A stretch of DNA of 64,000 bases, from positions 97,009-161,008 of the forward strand of contig CAYYTU010000001.1 in NCBI GenBank assembly GCA_964474655.1, read 5' to 3'. Shown here one piece after another: positions 47,364-56,747 of the stretch. The notes beneath the pieces were generated by a model. It did not search any database, had not been told where the DNA came from, and saw nothing but the letters and a program-made list of their open reading frames with translations. The stretch's first letter is position 1, and every line of letters starts with the position of its first letter. A program made the translations under genes and the position numbers. This stretch comes from an uncultured Anaerolineales bacterium (GTDB lineage Bacteria > Chloroflexota > Anaerolineae > B4-G1).

Positions 47364-47957
47364 ATGGATAAGCTACGTTTGTTTGTCGCGATTCCACTGC
47401 CTGAGGTCCTGTTGGACCGGCTGGCCGATCTTCAGCATCGCTTGAAGGGCAAGGTCCCGCACAAGAGCGTGCGTTGGGTCCGGCCTTCAGGTATCCATCT
47501 GACGCTCAAGTTCTTGGGCGATACGCCGAAGGATAAGGTGCCGACGATCAGCGAGGCGCTGACGGTGGTGGCGCGGAACGCGCCGCCTTGCGATCTCTCC
47601 GCCGAAGGACTGAGCTGCTTTCCCCATCCGGGCCGCCCTCGCGTGTTGTGGGTCGGCGTGGAGGAGCCGACAGGGCGGCTGAAGGCGCTGCAAGAGGCCG
47701 TCGAGGAGGCGATGACGGGGCTGGGGTACAAGCCGGAGCGGCACAGCTTCACGCCGCACCTGACGTTGGGGCGCGTGCGACGCGGCACCTCTCGGCAGGA
47801 CGAGGCGCAGATTGGCGAGCTGGTCACCGGTATGACGGTGGAGCCGCTGGCCGCGTTCGAGGCTGATCGGTTCGAGCTGATCCAGAGCGTACTCAAGCCC
47901 AGCGGCGCTGAGTACACCACGCTAGAGACGTTTTTGCTGCAAGAGGGAGGATTCTGA
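47364..47957 (+). CDS. thpR: RNA 2',3'-cyclic phosphodiesterase (LigT/ThpR, 2H family)
   Basis: Two HxT/Sx motifs (HLTLKF, HLTLGR). Confidence 0.8.
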   Translation: MDKLRLFVAIPLPEVLLDRLADLQHRLKGKVPHKSVRWVRPSGIHLTLKFLGDTPKDKVPTISEALTVVARNAPPCDLSAEGLSCFPHPGRPRVLWVGVEEPTGRLKALQEAVEEAMTGLGYKPERHSFTPHLTLGRVRRGTSRQDEAQIGELVTGMTVEPLAAFEADRFELIQSVLKPSGAEYTTLETFLLQEGGF

Positions 47958-48406
47958 TGAGCGGGCAGAAGACGTTGGAGGAGCTGCGCCGTCTGCGGCA
48001 CAAGAAGCGGAAGGTCACGTTTACCCTGGACGAGCGCGGCACGACGGTTGAGCGGGAGATACTCGCCATCGACGCGGTTCCCGGTTGGGGGAAGGCTGAT
48101 GTGCCTGAAGGTCACAGTAAGGAGGATATGCTGGCCCGCAGCCTGGACATCGCGCTGGGATTGCTTTATCACGAGCGGGCGATGACGATGGCCGATTTGG
48201 CCAACCGGGTGGTCGAAGTGTGGAAGGTGCAGGCCAATTACACTTACGGCGAATTCGCAGAGGCGGCCCGGCATGATCCACGGTTTCAGATGCCGAACGC
48301 CGGTATCATCGCGCTTGCCGACGAGCCGGACCCCTTGGGTGTGTTGGCGGACCGTATCGAGCGAAACTATGCGCGTCGGGAGTCGAGGCGCCGATGGGAC
48401 GATTGA
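47957..48406 (+). CDS. hypothetical protein
   Basis: 149 aa, no recognisable motif. Translationally coupled to neighbours. Confidence 0.45.
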   Translation: MSGQKTLEELRRLRHKKRKVTFTLDERGTTVEREILAIDAVPGWGKADVPEGHSKEDMLARSLDIALGLLYHERAMTMADLANRVVEVWKVQANYTYGEFAEAARHDPRFQMPNAGIIALADEPDPLGVLADRIERNYARRESRRRWDD

Positions 48407-48909
48407 ACGCTGTGCGGGTTTCTGACGCTGTTTCGATCATTGGCGTCATCGGGGGTTCATCGCCGACGGCGGCCGAGAGCGACGCGGCCGAGGAGGTGGG
48501 TCGCGCGTTGGCCGAAGCGGGCGCGGTGCTCATTTGCGGCGGGCGCGGCGGGGTGATGGAGGCTGCTTGTCGCGGCGCCAAGTCGGCCGACGGCTTGACC
48601 ATCGGGGTGCTCCCAGGTCGGGATCGCCGCCAGGCGAATCCCTTTGTCGATATTCCGATTGTCACCGGCATCGGCGAGGCCCGTAACGTCATCATCACGC
48701 GTACGGCCCGGGCCGTGATCGCCGTCGGCGGGAGCTACGGCACGCTGAGCGAGATTGCCTTCGCCCTTGGCTTCGGCACGCCGGTGGTGGGGCTGATGAC
48801 GTGGACGATGGAGCGGCACGGCCACCCATCGGTGCCTATCGCCTATGTCGATACGCCGGAAGAGGCTGTCGCGCGGGCGCTCGCGCTCTCCGAGGATGAG
48901 CGCCGATGA
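48394..48909 (+). CDS. LOG-family (TIGR00725-like) Rossmann-fold nucleotide-binding protein
   Basis: GGRGGVMEA and GGSYGTLSEI match LOG/SLOG GGGxGxMG and PGGxGTxxE motifs. Confidence 0.65.
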   Translation: MGRLNAVRVSDAVSIIGVIGGSSPTAAESDAAEEVGRALAEAGAVLICGGRGGVMEAACRGAKSADGLTIGVLPGRDRRQANPFVDIPIVTGIGEARNVIITRTARAVIAVGGSYGTLSEIAFALGFGTPVVGLMTWTMERHGHPSVPIAYVDTPEEAVARALALSEDERR

Positions 48910-49370
48910 GGGAAGCCGTTCTCAGCGCGAGGACGTCGGTCGCTGTCACGATGGCGCAAGCCCGTCAGTGGTTCCTCTCGCTCAAAGAACACCCGGAGCG
49001 ATACCAGTTTGCCACTCACGAGGGATTTGAGTTTGTGCAGGGCGACTTCGGCGCGGTGGGGGCGCGCTTCAAGACGCGGGAGAGGTTTTTCCTCTTGCAG
49101 CTGGATCTGCTCTTCGAGTTGACGGCGGTGCGTGATCAGGCGTTCCGCTTCCGCGTGCTCAAGCCGGGCGGCGGGCGCATCTGGGGCGAATTTCGGTTGC
49201 AGGCGGTGGACAACGACGAGAGGACGCTACTCTCGCTCGACATTGGATCGGAGACCCGTCTGGGGCGTGCGGTGTTGAGATTTTGCCCTGTTGCAGCGGC
49301 TGTTCGGAGACAAATCGCCGGAGAGGTGGAGCACATTCAATCTTCGATGGAGGCGACATACGGCGAGTAA
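48906..49370 (+). CDS. SRPBCC-like hypothetical protein
   Basis: 154 aa. Fold assignment is weak. Confidence 0.4.
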   Translation: MREAVLSARTSVAVTMAQARQWFLSLKEHPERYQFATHEGFEFVQGDFGAVGARFKTRERFFLLQLDLLFELTAVRDQAFRFRVLKPGGGRIWGEFRLQAVDNDERTLLSLDIGSETRLGRAVLRFCPVAAAVRRQIAGEVEHIQSSMEATYGE

Positions 49371-49467
49371 TCGCTGTTTTTTTCAAGCGTGTTGAAACCA
49401 TAACCCTCCCGCGGATCTAAATCCCACGGGAGGGTTTGTTTATCTACCAAGCTGTTATTGGGTCTAC

Positions 49468-51063
49468 CTATTCGATGTACCCTAACGCGCGCAGTCGTTT
49501 GGCTATCTCCTCGTCGTCCAGGCTGAGTTTGCGAGCTTCCTCCCAGTTGGCCGGTCGACGGGTTTTAGCCTCTTCTACGAAAGACGAGAGAGCAGTCTGG
49601 AGCTGGGCCGCTTTGTTGGGATGTTCTGTGATCAGATTGCGGGTCTCTTGGGGATCGTCGATCACGTTGAACAGCTCATCCGGTTGGTCGTCCACCGTGA
49701 TCAGCTTGTGGCGCCCTTGATAGGCCGCCCGTCGCATCGAACGGCAGCGGAACCGCTCAATGGCCTGGGGGGTCTCGTTCTCCATCAGGGCCAGCAGCGT
49801 GTCTGGCGTATAGGCCTCGGCGAAGATGGTCTCCTCCACCTCCGGTCCGCCATTGGTGGAGCGGGCCAGGCTCAGCCCCTCGATGTCGATGGGCGCGCTG
49901 TTGCCGTCACCGTTGCTCTCCAGCGTGATGCCGGCTGCCTCCAGTGCCGAATGAAAGATCCGTCGGGTGGAGACGGGCGATGACACGCGCCGCCCGCTTG
50001 GATACTGCCGCGGGTAGCGCACGATCAGCGGCGCATGCACCAGGTCGTCGTAGGCCACCAGCGAATGCCCCACGAAGTTGTGATTGTTGAGCCCTTCTCC
50101 GTGATCCGATGTGATGATGACCAGCGTCTTATCGCGCACAGCCAGCTTGTTCAGATCTTTGAGCAGGCGACGGAGCAGACGATCCTGATAGGCTACCTCG
50201 GCGTCGTATAGATCGTTGAGCGTGCGGTCGGCTACTTCATCGAGCGGCTCAGTCAGAGGGATCATCCAGCGATAATGCTCCATATTATAGTTATCCATAA
50301 AATTTCGCGCCTCGTGATCATCCTGGTAGTAGGGCGCGAATTTTTTGATGAAGCGCGCGGACGGGCGGTAGGGAAGGTGAGTCTCCATCAGGTTGACGAA
50401 AGTGAAGATGGGTTGTTCCGGCTCTTCTTCCTGGTGGTTGCGCAGATACTCGACCACGTCCCGGAGCGAGCGCTTTGTGTTCCCTTTGAAGTTGATGCTA
50501 TCCTGCCAGAGGGGTACGATGAGCGGATGCATAGCGATCCGCAGCCAGAGGTTATTGTTGGCGAACTGGTTCTGGAGTGGGGCGGTGATACGCTGCATCA
50601 GCCGGGTGTAGATATCCTTGATGCGTTTCAGCAGCTGGGGCCTGGCTTTGTTCAGTTCTGGGTAGTTGGGCACGGCCCCGCCGTAATTGTAAAACTCCTC
50701 GAATCCCCGATCCAGATCGTTATCGACCACCCCCAGCAGAGGGTTGTTGCAGAACCCCACGGTTTTATAACCATCCTGATGGAGCAGCTCGGCCAGAGTT
50801 TTCGTATCCTCTCCCAGCGTGTCGTAAATCTGGGTTGCCATATGAGTGGTGGGATATTCTCCGGTGAAGATTGAAGCGTGGGAGGGGATCGTCCACTGAC
50901 CGGGCACGATGGCGCGCTCGAAGAGCGTGGCGTCCTCGGCGAACGCGTCGATGAAGGGCGTGGTCTCTCGTTCGTAACCATAGCACGACATGCGGTCGGC
51001 CCGCAACGTGTCTAGTACGATCAACACGATATTCGGCTGAGTTGATCTCTTCTTTCTGTACAT
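49468..51063 (-). CDS. sulfatase-fold (alkaline phosphatase superfamily) protein lacking the canonical C/S-x-P-x-R formylglycine motif
   Basis: N-terminal PNIVLIVLDTLRAD metal-binding motif. At the FGly position reads WTIPSHASIFTG (T-x-P-x-H). Confidence 0.7.
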   Translation of the reverse strand: MYRKKRSTQPNIVLIVLDTLRADRMSCYGYERETTPFIDAFAEDATLFERAIVPGQWTIPSHASIFTGEYPTTHMATQIYDTLGEDTKTLAELLHQDGYKTVGFCNNPLLGVVDNDLDRGFEEFYNYGGAVPNYPELNKARPQLLKRIKDIYTRLMQRITAPLQNQFANNNLWLRIAMHPLIVPLWQDSINFKGNTKRSLRDVVEYLRNHQEEEPEQPIFTFVNLMETHLPYRPSARFIKKFAPYYQDDHEARNFMDNYNMEHYRWMIPLTEPLDEVADRTLNDLYDAEVAYQDRLLRRLLKDLNKLAVRDKTLVIITSDHGEGLNNHNFVGHSLVAYDDLVHAPLIVRYPRQYPSGRRVSSPVSTRRIFHSALEAAGITLESNGDGNSAPIDIEGLSLARSTNGGPEVEETIFAEAYTPDTLLALMENETPQAIERFRCRSMRRAAYQGRHKLITVDDQPDELFNVIDDPQETRNLITEHPNKAAQLQTALSSFVEEAKTRRPANWEEARKLSLDDEEIAKRLRALGYIE

Positions 51064-51189
51064 CTTTTGACTGGTACTCCTTACTGTTACTTGCGTATGT
51101 AGCTATGCTTTGACTGGAGCAAAAGCACCTTCGCTTGCGCGAGCATCTTGCCCGCCAGGTGCAGTGAGAATGTGACTTTTGCGCTATCT

Positions 51190-52794
51190 CTATTCCTCTT
51201 CTGGCATCTCGGAGGAAGGGGGCTCTTCGGTCTCTGGCGTCTTTTCGAGGTCCTTTTCGCGACTCTCTTCAAGGCTTTCTTCTGGTTTCTCTTTGTTTGG
51301 CGTTTGATGGAATACCAGTAAATTCATCTTGAGGAAATCCAACCAGCCCCCTTGAGATACTTCTTTACCGTCTTGCTTAATGGCTTCGGGGGGCGCTTCG
51401 ATGGTTTCGTCAGCGTCTGGCCTGGCGCTCTCTGCGGCCCTTTTTCTATTGGCGTCTTTCTCGGTCGTGGCAGTTTCTTCGGCTTCTCGGAATCGCGGGA
51501 ACGTGAGTGAGCGGTAAGGCAGGCTCAGCAACAAGAATATGAGCCAGCTGATACCAAAGGCCAGGATGGCGATGGCGCCCAGGCCGGCCAGCTGGGCGAT
51601 CAGTTGACCGGGGCCGTCGCCGATGAATCCCGCAGCTGGGACGAAGCCCGTCACGCCCTGCCCGACTACGGTGTGGTACTCTTGTCCCCCTACGCCGTTC
51701 CAGCCCTGCCCCCAACGTCCGTCGGCGAAGAGAGGAACACTCAATAACCCCCAGCTGCCGGCTGTGATGCCCAGAGCCACCGTGGTCGTGGCGTCCGGCA
51801 GGCGCAACACGCGCTCTACCAGATAGACGCCCAACGGCAACAGCAGGCCGGCGACTAGGCCGGTCAGCAGAGCGGCCCACGGCGGCACGAATGGCGCGGC
51901 GGCGGCGATGGCGATGAATCCAGCGACCATTCCTCGTGCAGACATCAGCGCGTCGGCGTGCCCGACGGTGAACCAGCAGTAAGTCTGCGTGGAAAGGATG
52001 GCCCCGGACGCGGCCAGCAGTCCGTTGACGGCAATGCGCGGCAGGTTGAGCTCGGCGCCGACTACGTGGAAAGGGGTGCTCAGGGCCCAGCCCAACCAGC
52101 CCAGGCCAAACAAGAGCGCTCCCAGGTTGGCTAACAAGGGAAAGTGCGCTGGCGGCATCTCTTCTGGCTCATTCGGGGCGTCAGCTGGCCTGTGCTCTCC
52201 TAGTCCGACCAGCGCGCCCAGAGCAGCCACCCCCCCCAGCAAGTAGACGACGCCGGAGCCGGCGTGATCGACGAGGCCGTGGCCACGTTCCAGGGTGTGG
52301 CCCAGGTTCGCCAGCCAACCCCCGCCCCAGACCCAGCAGGCCGCTATTGGAAATGATAGAATCGTCACCACTAGGCCGCCGACGACCGTCTGCCAGCCGC
52401 GCGCTTGATCGCTCGCGCTCAGCACTACCAGCAGCACCGCCGCGGTGACCAGCGGCAGGTAGGTGATGAAGAGGGCCAAGGCGGCCGGTGTGGCCGCGTC
52501 GCCGGTCAGGAAAAACCCCGCCAGGCCGACCAGCCCCCAGGAGAGCTGGCCTTCACCAGCAAAGAGCCGATCTAGTCCTTCCAGGCCGGCCTGATCGCTC
52601 ATCAAGCCAGCCCCGCCTAGATGGAAGGCAAACCCAGCGACGAAATATCCCAATGTGGCGATAGCCAGCGCCAGCGCGCCTACCGTCGCTGCTCGTCGTG
52701 CACGCTTTGGCTTCATACCGCCCCATGCCAGGAGAAATATCCCCAGGGGAATCAAGTAACCCAACAGGGCAGGTAGCCAAGTGTCGATTGTCAT
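51190..52794 (-). CDS. amt: ammonium transporter (Amt family, divergent) with charged C-terminal tail
   Basis: 11-TM protein. DHAGSGVVYLLGGVAALG resembles the Amt D-F/H-A-G-G signature. Start at second ATG (MTIDTW), preceded by AAGGA. Acidic about 100-aa C-terminal extension. Confidence 0.6.
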   Translation of the reverse strand: MTIDTWLPALLGYLIPLGIFLLAWGGMKPKRARRAATVGALALAIATLGYFVAGFAFHLGGAGLMSDQAGLEGLDRLFAGEGQLSWGLVGLAGFFLTGDAATPAALALFITYLPLVTAAVLLVVLSASDQARGWQTVVGGLVVTILSFPIAACWVWGGGWLANLGHTLERGHGLVDHAGSGVVYLLGGVAALGALVGLGEHRPADAPNEPEEMPPAHFPLLANLGALLFGLGWLGWALSTPFHVVGAELNLPRIAVNGLLAASGAILSTQTYCWFTVGHADALMSARGMVAGFIAIAAAAPFVPPWAALLTGLVAGLLLPLGVYLVERVLRLPDATTTVALGITAGSWGLLSVPLFADGRWGQGWNGVGGQEYHTVVGQGVTGFVPAAGFIGDGPGQLIAQLAGLGAIAILAFGISWLIFLLLSLPYRSLTFPRFREAEETATTEKDANRKRAAESARPDADETIEAPPEAIKQDGKEVSQGGWLDFLKMNLLVFHQTPNKEKPEESLEESREKDLEKTPETEEPPSSEMPEEE

Positions 52795-52941
52795 AATTGT
52801 TCCTTTCAAGTAAAATGGTAAATTGGGAATTGGCTATTGGGGGCAACCGCGAATTCTCGGCCGGTTAGGCTGCCATTTACCAAGATGCCGATTTACCAAT
52901 ATATAATCTTACCAGACTCCGTCGATTTAGCCAAGTTTATG

Positions 52942-53448
52942 ACTGAAAATAACCGCTCTTTGCGGCTGCTTGCTGATTCTATGTTGGGACGTCTGGCGAA
53001 GTGGCTGCGTTTTCTGGGCTATGATACGGCTTACGAGCGCGACGCCGCCGACCATGAGCTGGCCCGACGAGCGCGCGCCGAGGGGCGGGTGCTGCTCACT
53101 CGTGATCACGATTTAGCCGTTCGCCGTGGTCTCGATATATTGCTCATTGAATCGGAACAATTTGAGGAGCAAGTGGAGGAGGTACAGGCTGCTCTCGGCG
53201 GTCCACCTGCTCCTGCGTTTTCTCGCTGTTCCATCTGCAACGTGGTGCTGGAGGACGCGTCCCCATCCGAGATCGCTGACCGCGTCCCTCCATACGTGCT
53301 GGAGCATCAGAAGGAGTTCCGGTGTTGCCCGGCCTGTGGCCGAGTCTACTGGTCAGGCAGCCACGTCCAGGCGATGAACCATCTTTTGGAGCAGTTCGAC
53401 GCTGCTGGTGATGACGTTCCTGCTACAGAAGGACGGAGAATCGATTGA
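52942..53448 (+). CDS. Mut7-C (DUF82) RNase-domain protein with zinc ribbon
   Basis: RLLADSMLGRLAKWLRFLGYD start motif of the Mut7-C family. CSICN...CCPACG zinc ribbon. Start uncertain (52837 or 52942). Confidence 0.6.
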   Translation, partial: TENNRSLRLLADSMLGRLAKWLRFLGYDTAYERDAADHELARRARAEGRVLLTRDHDLAVRRGLDILLIESEQFEEQVEEVQAALGGPPAPAFSRCSICNVVLEDASPSEIADRVPPYVLEHQKEFRCCPACGRVYWSGSHVQAMNHLLEQFDAAGDDVPATEGRRID

Positions 53449-54284
53449 CTTTGCAGACGGTTGCTGTTCTGTATAATCAGCGCATCGCTTGCGCGGCTGA
53501 GCTGGCGGCGGAGGTGGAAACCTGGCTCAATAGTACCTTAGGCGCGGTTGAGGTTTGTAAGATTGAGGATGCATCCGGCGCCCGTTGCTTGCGCGAGGCG
53601 GATTTGTTGGTCACGTTGGGCGGCGATGGCTCCATCCTTTATGCCGCTCACTTGGTAGCACCTTACGGAACACTGATTCTGGGGATCAATTTGGGGCGGG
53701 TGGGGTTTCTTACTGAGGCCGAACCGGACGGTTGGAAGACGGTCTTATCGCATGCGCTGGAGGGTGATTACTGGGTTGAGGAGCATATGATGTTGCGCGT
53801 GACGGCTTGGCGAGGTGACGAGCCGCTGGCGCAGGCCGAGGCGCTGAACGACGTCGTCGTGAGCCGAGGGGCGCAGGCCCGTGCGGTTCATCTGCGCGCC
53901 GAGGTCGACGGGGGCGAGCTGGCCGCTTACGTGGCCGATGGCCTCATCGTCGCCACTCCGACGGGGAGCACAGCCTACGCCCTGGCTGCCGGCGGGCCGA
54001 TTTTGCCGCCTCAACTTTTGAACATCCTGCTGGTGCCCGTCGCTCCACACCTCAGTATGGAACGCCCCATCGTCCTCTCAGAAGGTTCTCGGGTGCGCAT
54101 CGTCGTGCTGGATGCCCGTCCGGCGGTCTTGACCGTCGATGGGCGGGTGAAGACGGACCTGATGGCCGGGGACGCTGTGGTGGTGGAGGCCAGTTCTCAC
54201 ACCGCTCGCTTCGCACGAGTTTGTGAGCGCACCTATTTTTACAAGACGCTCGTCTCGCGGCTGGTGCCGCGCAATGGACAATGA
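53445..54284 (+). CDS. nadK: NAD kinase
   Basis: GGDGS, NDVV and DGLIVATPTGSTAYALAAGGPI motifs. TTG start overlaps the upstream stop. Confidence 0.85.
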   Translation: MTLQTVAVLYNQRIACAAELAAEVETWLNSTLGAVEVCKIEDASGARCLREADLLVTLGGDGSILYAAHLVAPYGTLILGINLGRVGFLTEAEPDGWKTVLSHALEGDYWVEEHMMLRVTAWRGDEPLAQAEALNDVVVSRGAQARAVHLRAEVDGGELAAYVADGLIVATPTGSTAYALAAGGPILPPQLLNILLVPVAPHLSMERPIVLSEGSRVRIVVLDARPAVLTVDGRVKTDLMAGDAVVVEASSHTARFARVCERTYFYKTLVSRLVPRNGQ

Positions 54285-54301
54285 TTCCGATTGGAGCTGG
54301 T

Positions 54302-54844
54302 ATGAACGAGCCCCTACACTGCGTCAACCACCCACACGTTGAAACCCATCTGCGTTGCAACAAATGCGGGCAACCGATCTGTACCCGATGCGCGGTTCAG
54401 ACCCCGGTCGGTTACCGCTGTCGGGATTGCATCAACGCCCAGCAGCGTCTCTTCTACGCCGATTTTCGCCCCCGGTATTATCTGATTGCGGCGGCTGTGG
54501 CGCTGCCACTTGCCTTGATCGCCGGATGGCTCATTCCCCGGTTGGGTTGGTTCGCGATTATCCTGGGGCCGGTAGTTGGCGGCGGCATCGCGGAGGCGGT
54601 CCACTGGGCGATCCAGCGGCGGCGCGGGCAGTACACCTGGTTGGTCGTCTGTGGCGCCATCGTCGTGGGAGCGCTGCCTGGCCTGGTCGCCTCCTTGCTC
54701 TCGCTGTTGGGCCTTGCGGTCTTATCGTCGGGCTCGATTGGCTACTTGGCGGGCGGGCTGATACGTTTGTTGTGGAGCGGGGTCTATCTGGTGACGGGCG
54801 TCGGCGCGGCCTACGCCCGTCTGCACACGGGGAAGCGCCGGTAG
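54302..54844 (+). CDS. membrane protein with N-terminal B-box-type zinc-binding domain
   Basis: CVNHPH...CNKCGQPICTRC...CRDC followed by about 4 TM helices. ATG after GGAG. Confidence 0.55.
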   Translation: MNEPLHCVNHPHVETHLRCNKCGQPICTRCAVQTPVGYRCRDCINAQQRLFYADFRPRYYLIAAAVALPLALIAGWLIPRLGWFAIILGPVVGGGIAEAVHWAIQRRRGQYTWLVVCGAIVVGALPGLVASLLSLLGLAVLSSGSIGYLAGGLIRLLWSGVYLVTGVGAAYARLHTGKRR

Positions 54845-54855
54845 GGGGAGCTAGC

Positions 54856-56697
54856 GTGCTGCTTGAACTGCGTATTCGCGATTTTGTCATCATCGACGCG
54901 CTGGATTTGCGCTTCGACGCGGGGTTCTCGGTGCTGACTGGCGAGACTGGCGCGGGCAAGTCGATCATCGTGGACGCGGTGGAGCTGGTGCTCGGCGAGT
55001 GGGCCGAAAGCACCGTCGTGCGGGCCGGGGCCGACCGGGCTTTGGTTGAAGCTGTCTTCCGACTGGAGCCGGGGCAGCGGGCAACGATTGGACCTATCCT
55101 GGCGCAAGAGGGTCTGGAGGGCGATGGGCCCGATCTGTTGTTGCTGGGCCGAGAGGTGCGGCGCGATCGGCGCAACGTTTGTCGCGTCAACGGGCGCACG
55201 GTTACGCTTTCGCTGCTGCGCGAGCTGACCGAGGGATTGGTCGATATCCACGGGCAGAGCGAGCACCTCTCGCTGATGCGCGTGCGCGAGCACCTTAACC
55301 TGCTGGATCGCTACGCCGAGCTGGCCCCGCTGCGGCAGCAGGTCGCCGAGGCGGCCGGGCGTGTGCAGGACGTGCGTGAGGAGCTGGCGGCGCTTCTGCG
55401 CGATGAACAAGAGCTCGCTCATAGGGCTGACTTGTTACGGTTTCAGATCGACGAGATCACGTCAGCCAGCCTGGAGCCGGGCGAGGAAGAGGTGTTGCGG
55501 CAAGAGCGTCCGCGCCTGGCCAACGCCGAGCGCTTGATCGAGCTGACGCGAGAGGCACTCGCCGCGCTCGAGGAGGGCGATCAGCGGACGCCCGGGGCGC
55601 TAGAGCTGCTGGGGATGGCGCTGCGTGCGCTGGTCGAGGCCGCCCGCGTAGACCCGTCGCTGGAGCCCTTGCTGGAGGAGGCGGAAAGCGTCAATGTCCA
55701 GTTAGAGGAGATGGCGAGGCAGCTGCTTGATTATCAGACGCAGATTGAGTATAGCCCGCAGCGTCTGCAAGAGGTCGAAGAGCGGCTGGCGCTGATCCAT
55801 CGCCTGGAGCGCAAGTACGGCGAGACGGTGGCGGACGTCCTGGCCTACGCCGAGGAGGCGGAGCGCGAGCTCGATACCATCACCCACAGCGAGGAGCGCA
55901 TCACCGAGCTGGAGGCGGCGGAGGAGCAGCTGCTCGATGAACTGAGCGGCCTGGCAATGGAACTTTCGAAGCGGCGGCGCGAGGCAGCTCAGGCATTGGC
56001 GCAGCGGGTCGAGCGGGAGCTGCGCGACTTGAGGATGGAGGGCGCCCGGTTCGGCGTCGATTTCACGTGGCGGGAGGATGAGGCGGGCGTGCCGCTGCCG
56101 TCTTCCGTTCCTGGTTTCAGGTTCCAGGTTTCGAGTTTGGGTGTGGAGCAACCCGAAACCTCGAACGTGGAATCTGAGACCCGAGTCGCGTTTGACGCCA
56201 GCGGCATCGATCACGCCGAGTTCATCGTATCGCCGAACCCGGGTGAACCGTTAAAACCGATGGCGAAGATCGCATCTGGTGGCGAGACCTCGCGTCTTAT
56301 GCTGGCGCTCAAGGCGGTACTATCTCGCGCCGACGAGACGCCGACGCTGGTCTTCGACGAGATCGATCAGGGCATCGGCGGGCGCGTGGGGGCTGTCGTC
56401 GGCGAGAAGCTGTGGGGCCTGGCGGCGGGCGAGGGACCGGGCGATCTGAAGCATCAGGTGCTTTGCGTGACGCACTTGCCGCAGCTGGCCGGCTTCGGCG
56501 ACGAGCACTATCGGGTGGCGAAGCAGGTCGAGCAGACCGAGGTCGGCGAGCGCACCGTGACCCAGGTCGATGTGTTGGAGGGCGAGGCCCGCGTGCGGGA
56601 GCTGGCCCAGATGCTAGGCGGTAGCGGCGAGGCGGCGCTTCGGAGCGCCGAGGAAATCCTGGAGCGGGTGGAGCGGCGTAAGTCTGAAGATCGTTAA
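54856..56697 (+). CDS. recN: DNA repair protein RecN
   Basis: Walker A GETGAGKS, long coiled coil, C-terminal signature SGGETSRLMLAL and Walker B LVFDEID. GTG start after GGGGGAG. The upstream ~165 codons of the ORF are not RecN-like. Confidence 0.85.
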   Translation: MLLELRIRDFVIIDALDLRFDAGFSVLTGETGAGKSIIVDAVELVLGEWAESTVVRAGADRALVEAVFRLEPGQRATIGPILAQEGLEGDGPDLLLLGREVRRDRRNVCRVNGRTVTLSLLRELTEGLVDIHGQSEHLSLMRVREHLNLLDRYAELAPLRQQVAEAAGRVQDVREELAALLRDEQELAHRADLLRFQIDEITSASLEPGEEEVLRQERPRLANAERLIELTREALAALEEGDQRTPGALELLGMALRALVEAARVDPSLEPLLEEAESVNVQLEEMARQLLDYQTQIEYSPQRLQEVEERLALIHRLERKYGETVADVLAYAEEAERELDTITHSEERITELEAAEEQLLDELSGLAMELSKRRREAAQALAQRVERELRDLRMEGARFGVDFTWREDEAGVPLPSSVPGFRFQVSSLGVEQPETSNVESETRVAFDASGIDHAEFIVSPNPGEPLKPMAKIASGGETSRLMLALKAVLSRADETPTLVFDEIDQGIGGRVGAVVGEKLWGLAAGEGPGDLKHQVLCVTHLPQLAGFGDEHYRVAKQVEQTEVGERTVTQVDVLEGEARVRELAQMLGGSGEAALRSAEEILERVERRKSEDR

Positions 56698-56747
56698 GCA
56701 CACGAATGGCTTATGCTCGTCTAAGAGGTATCGTAGTAGACCAAGGT

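Noticed and set aside
54355-54855. N-terminal 167-aa extension of the recN ORF.
   Set aside because: It overlaps the B-box membrane protein gene in another frame. RecN homology starts at VLLELRIRDF (GTG at 54856, preceded by GGGGGAG).
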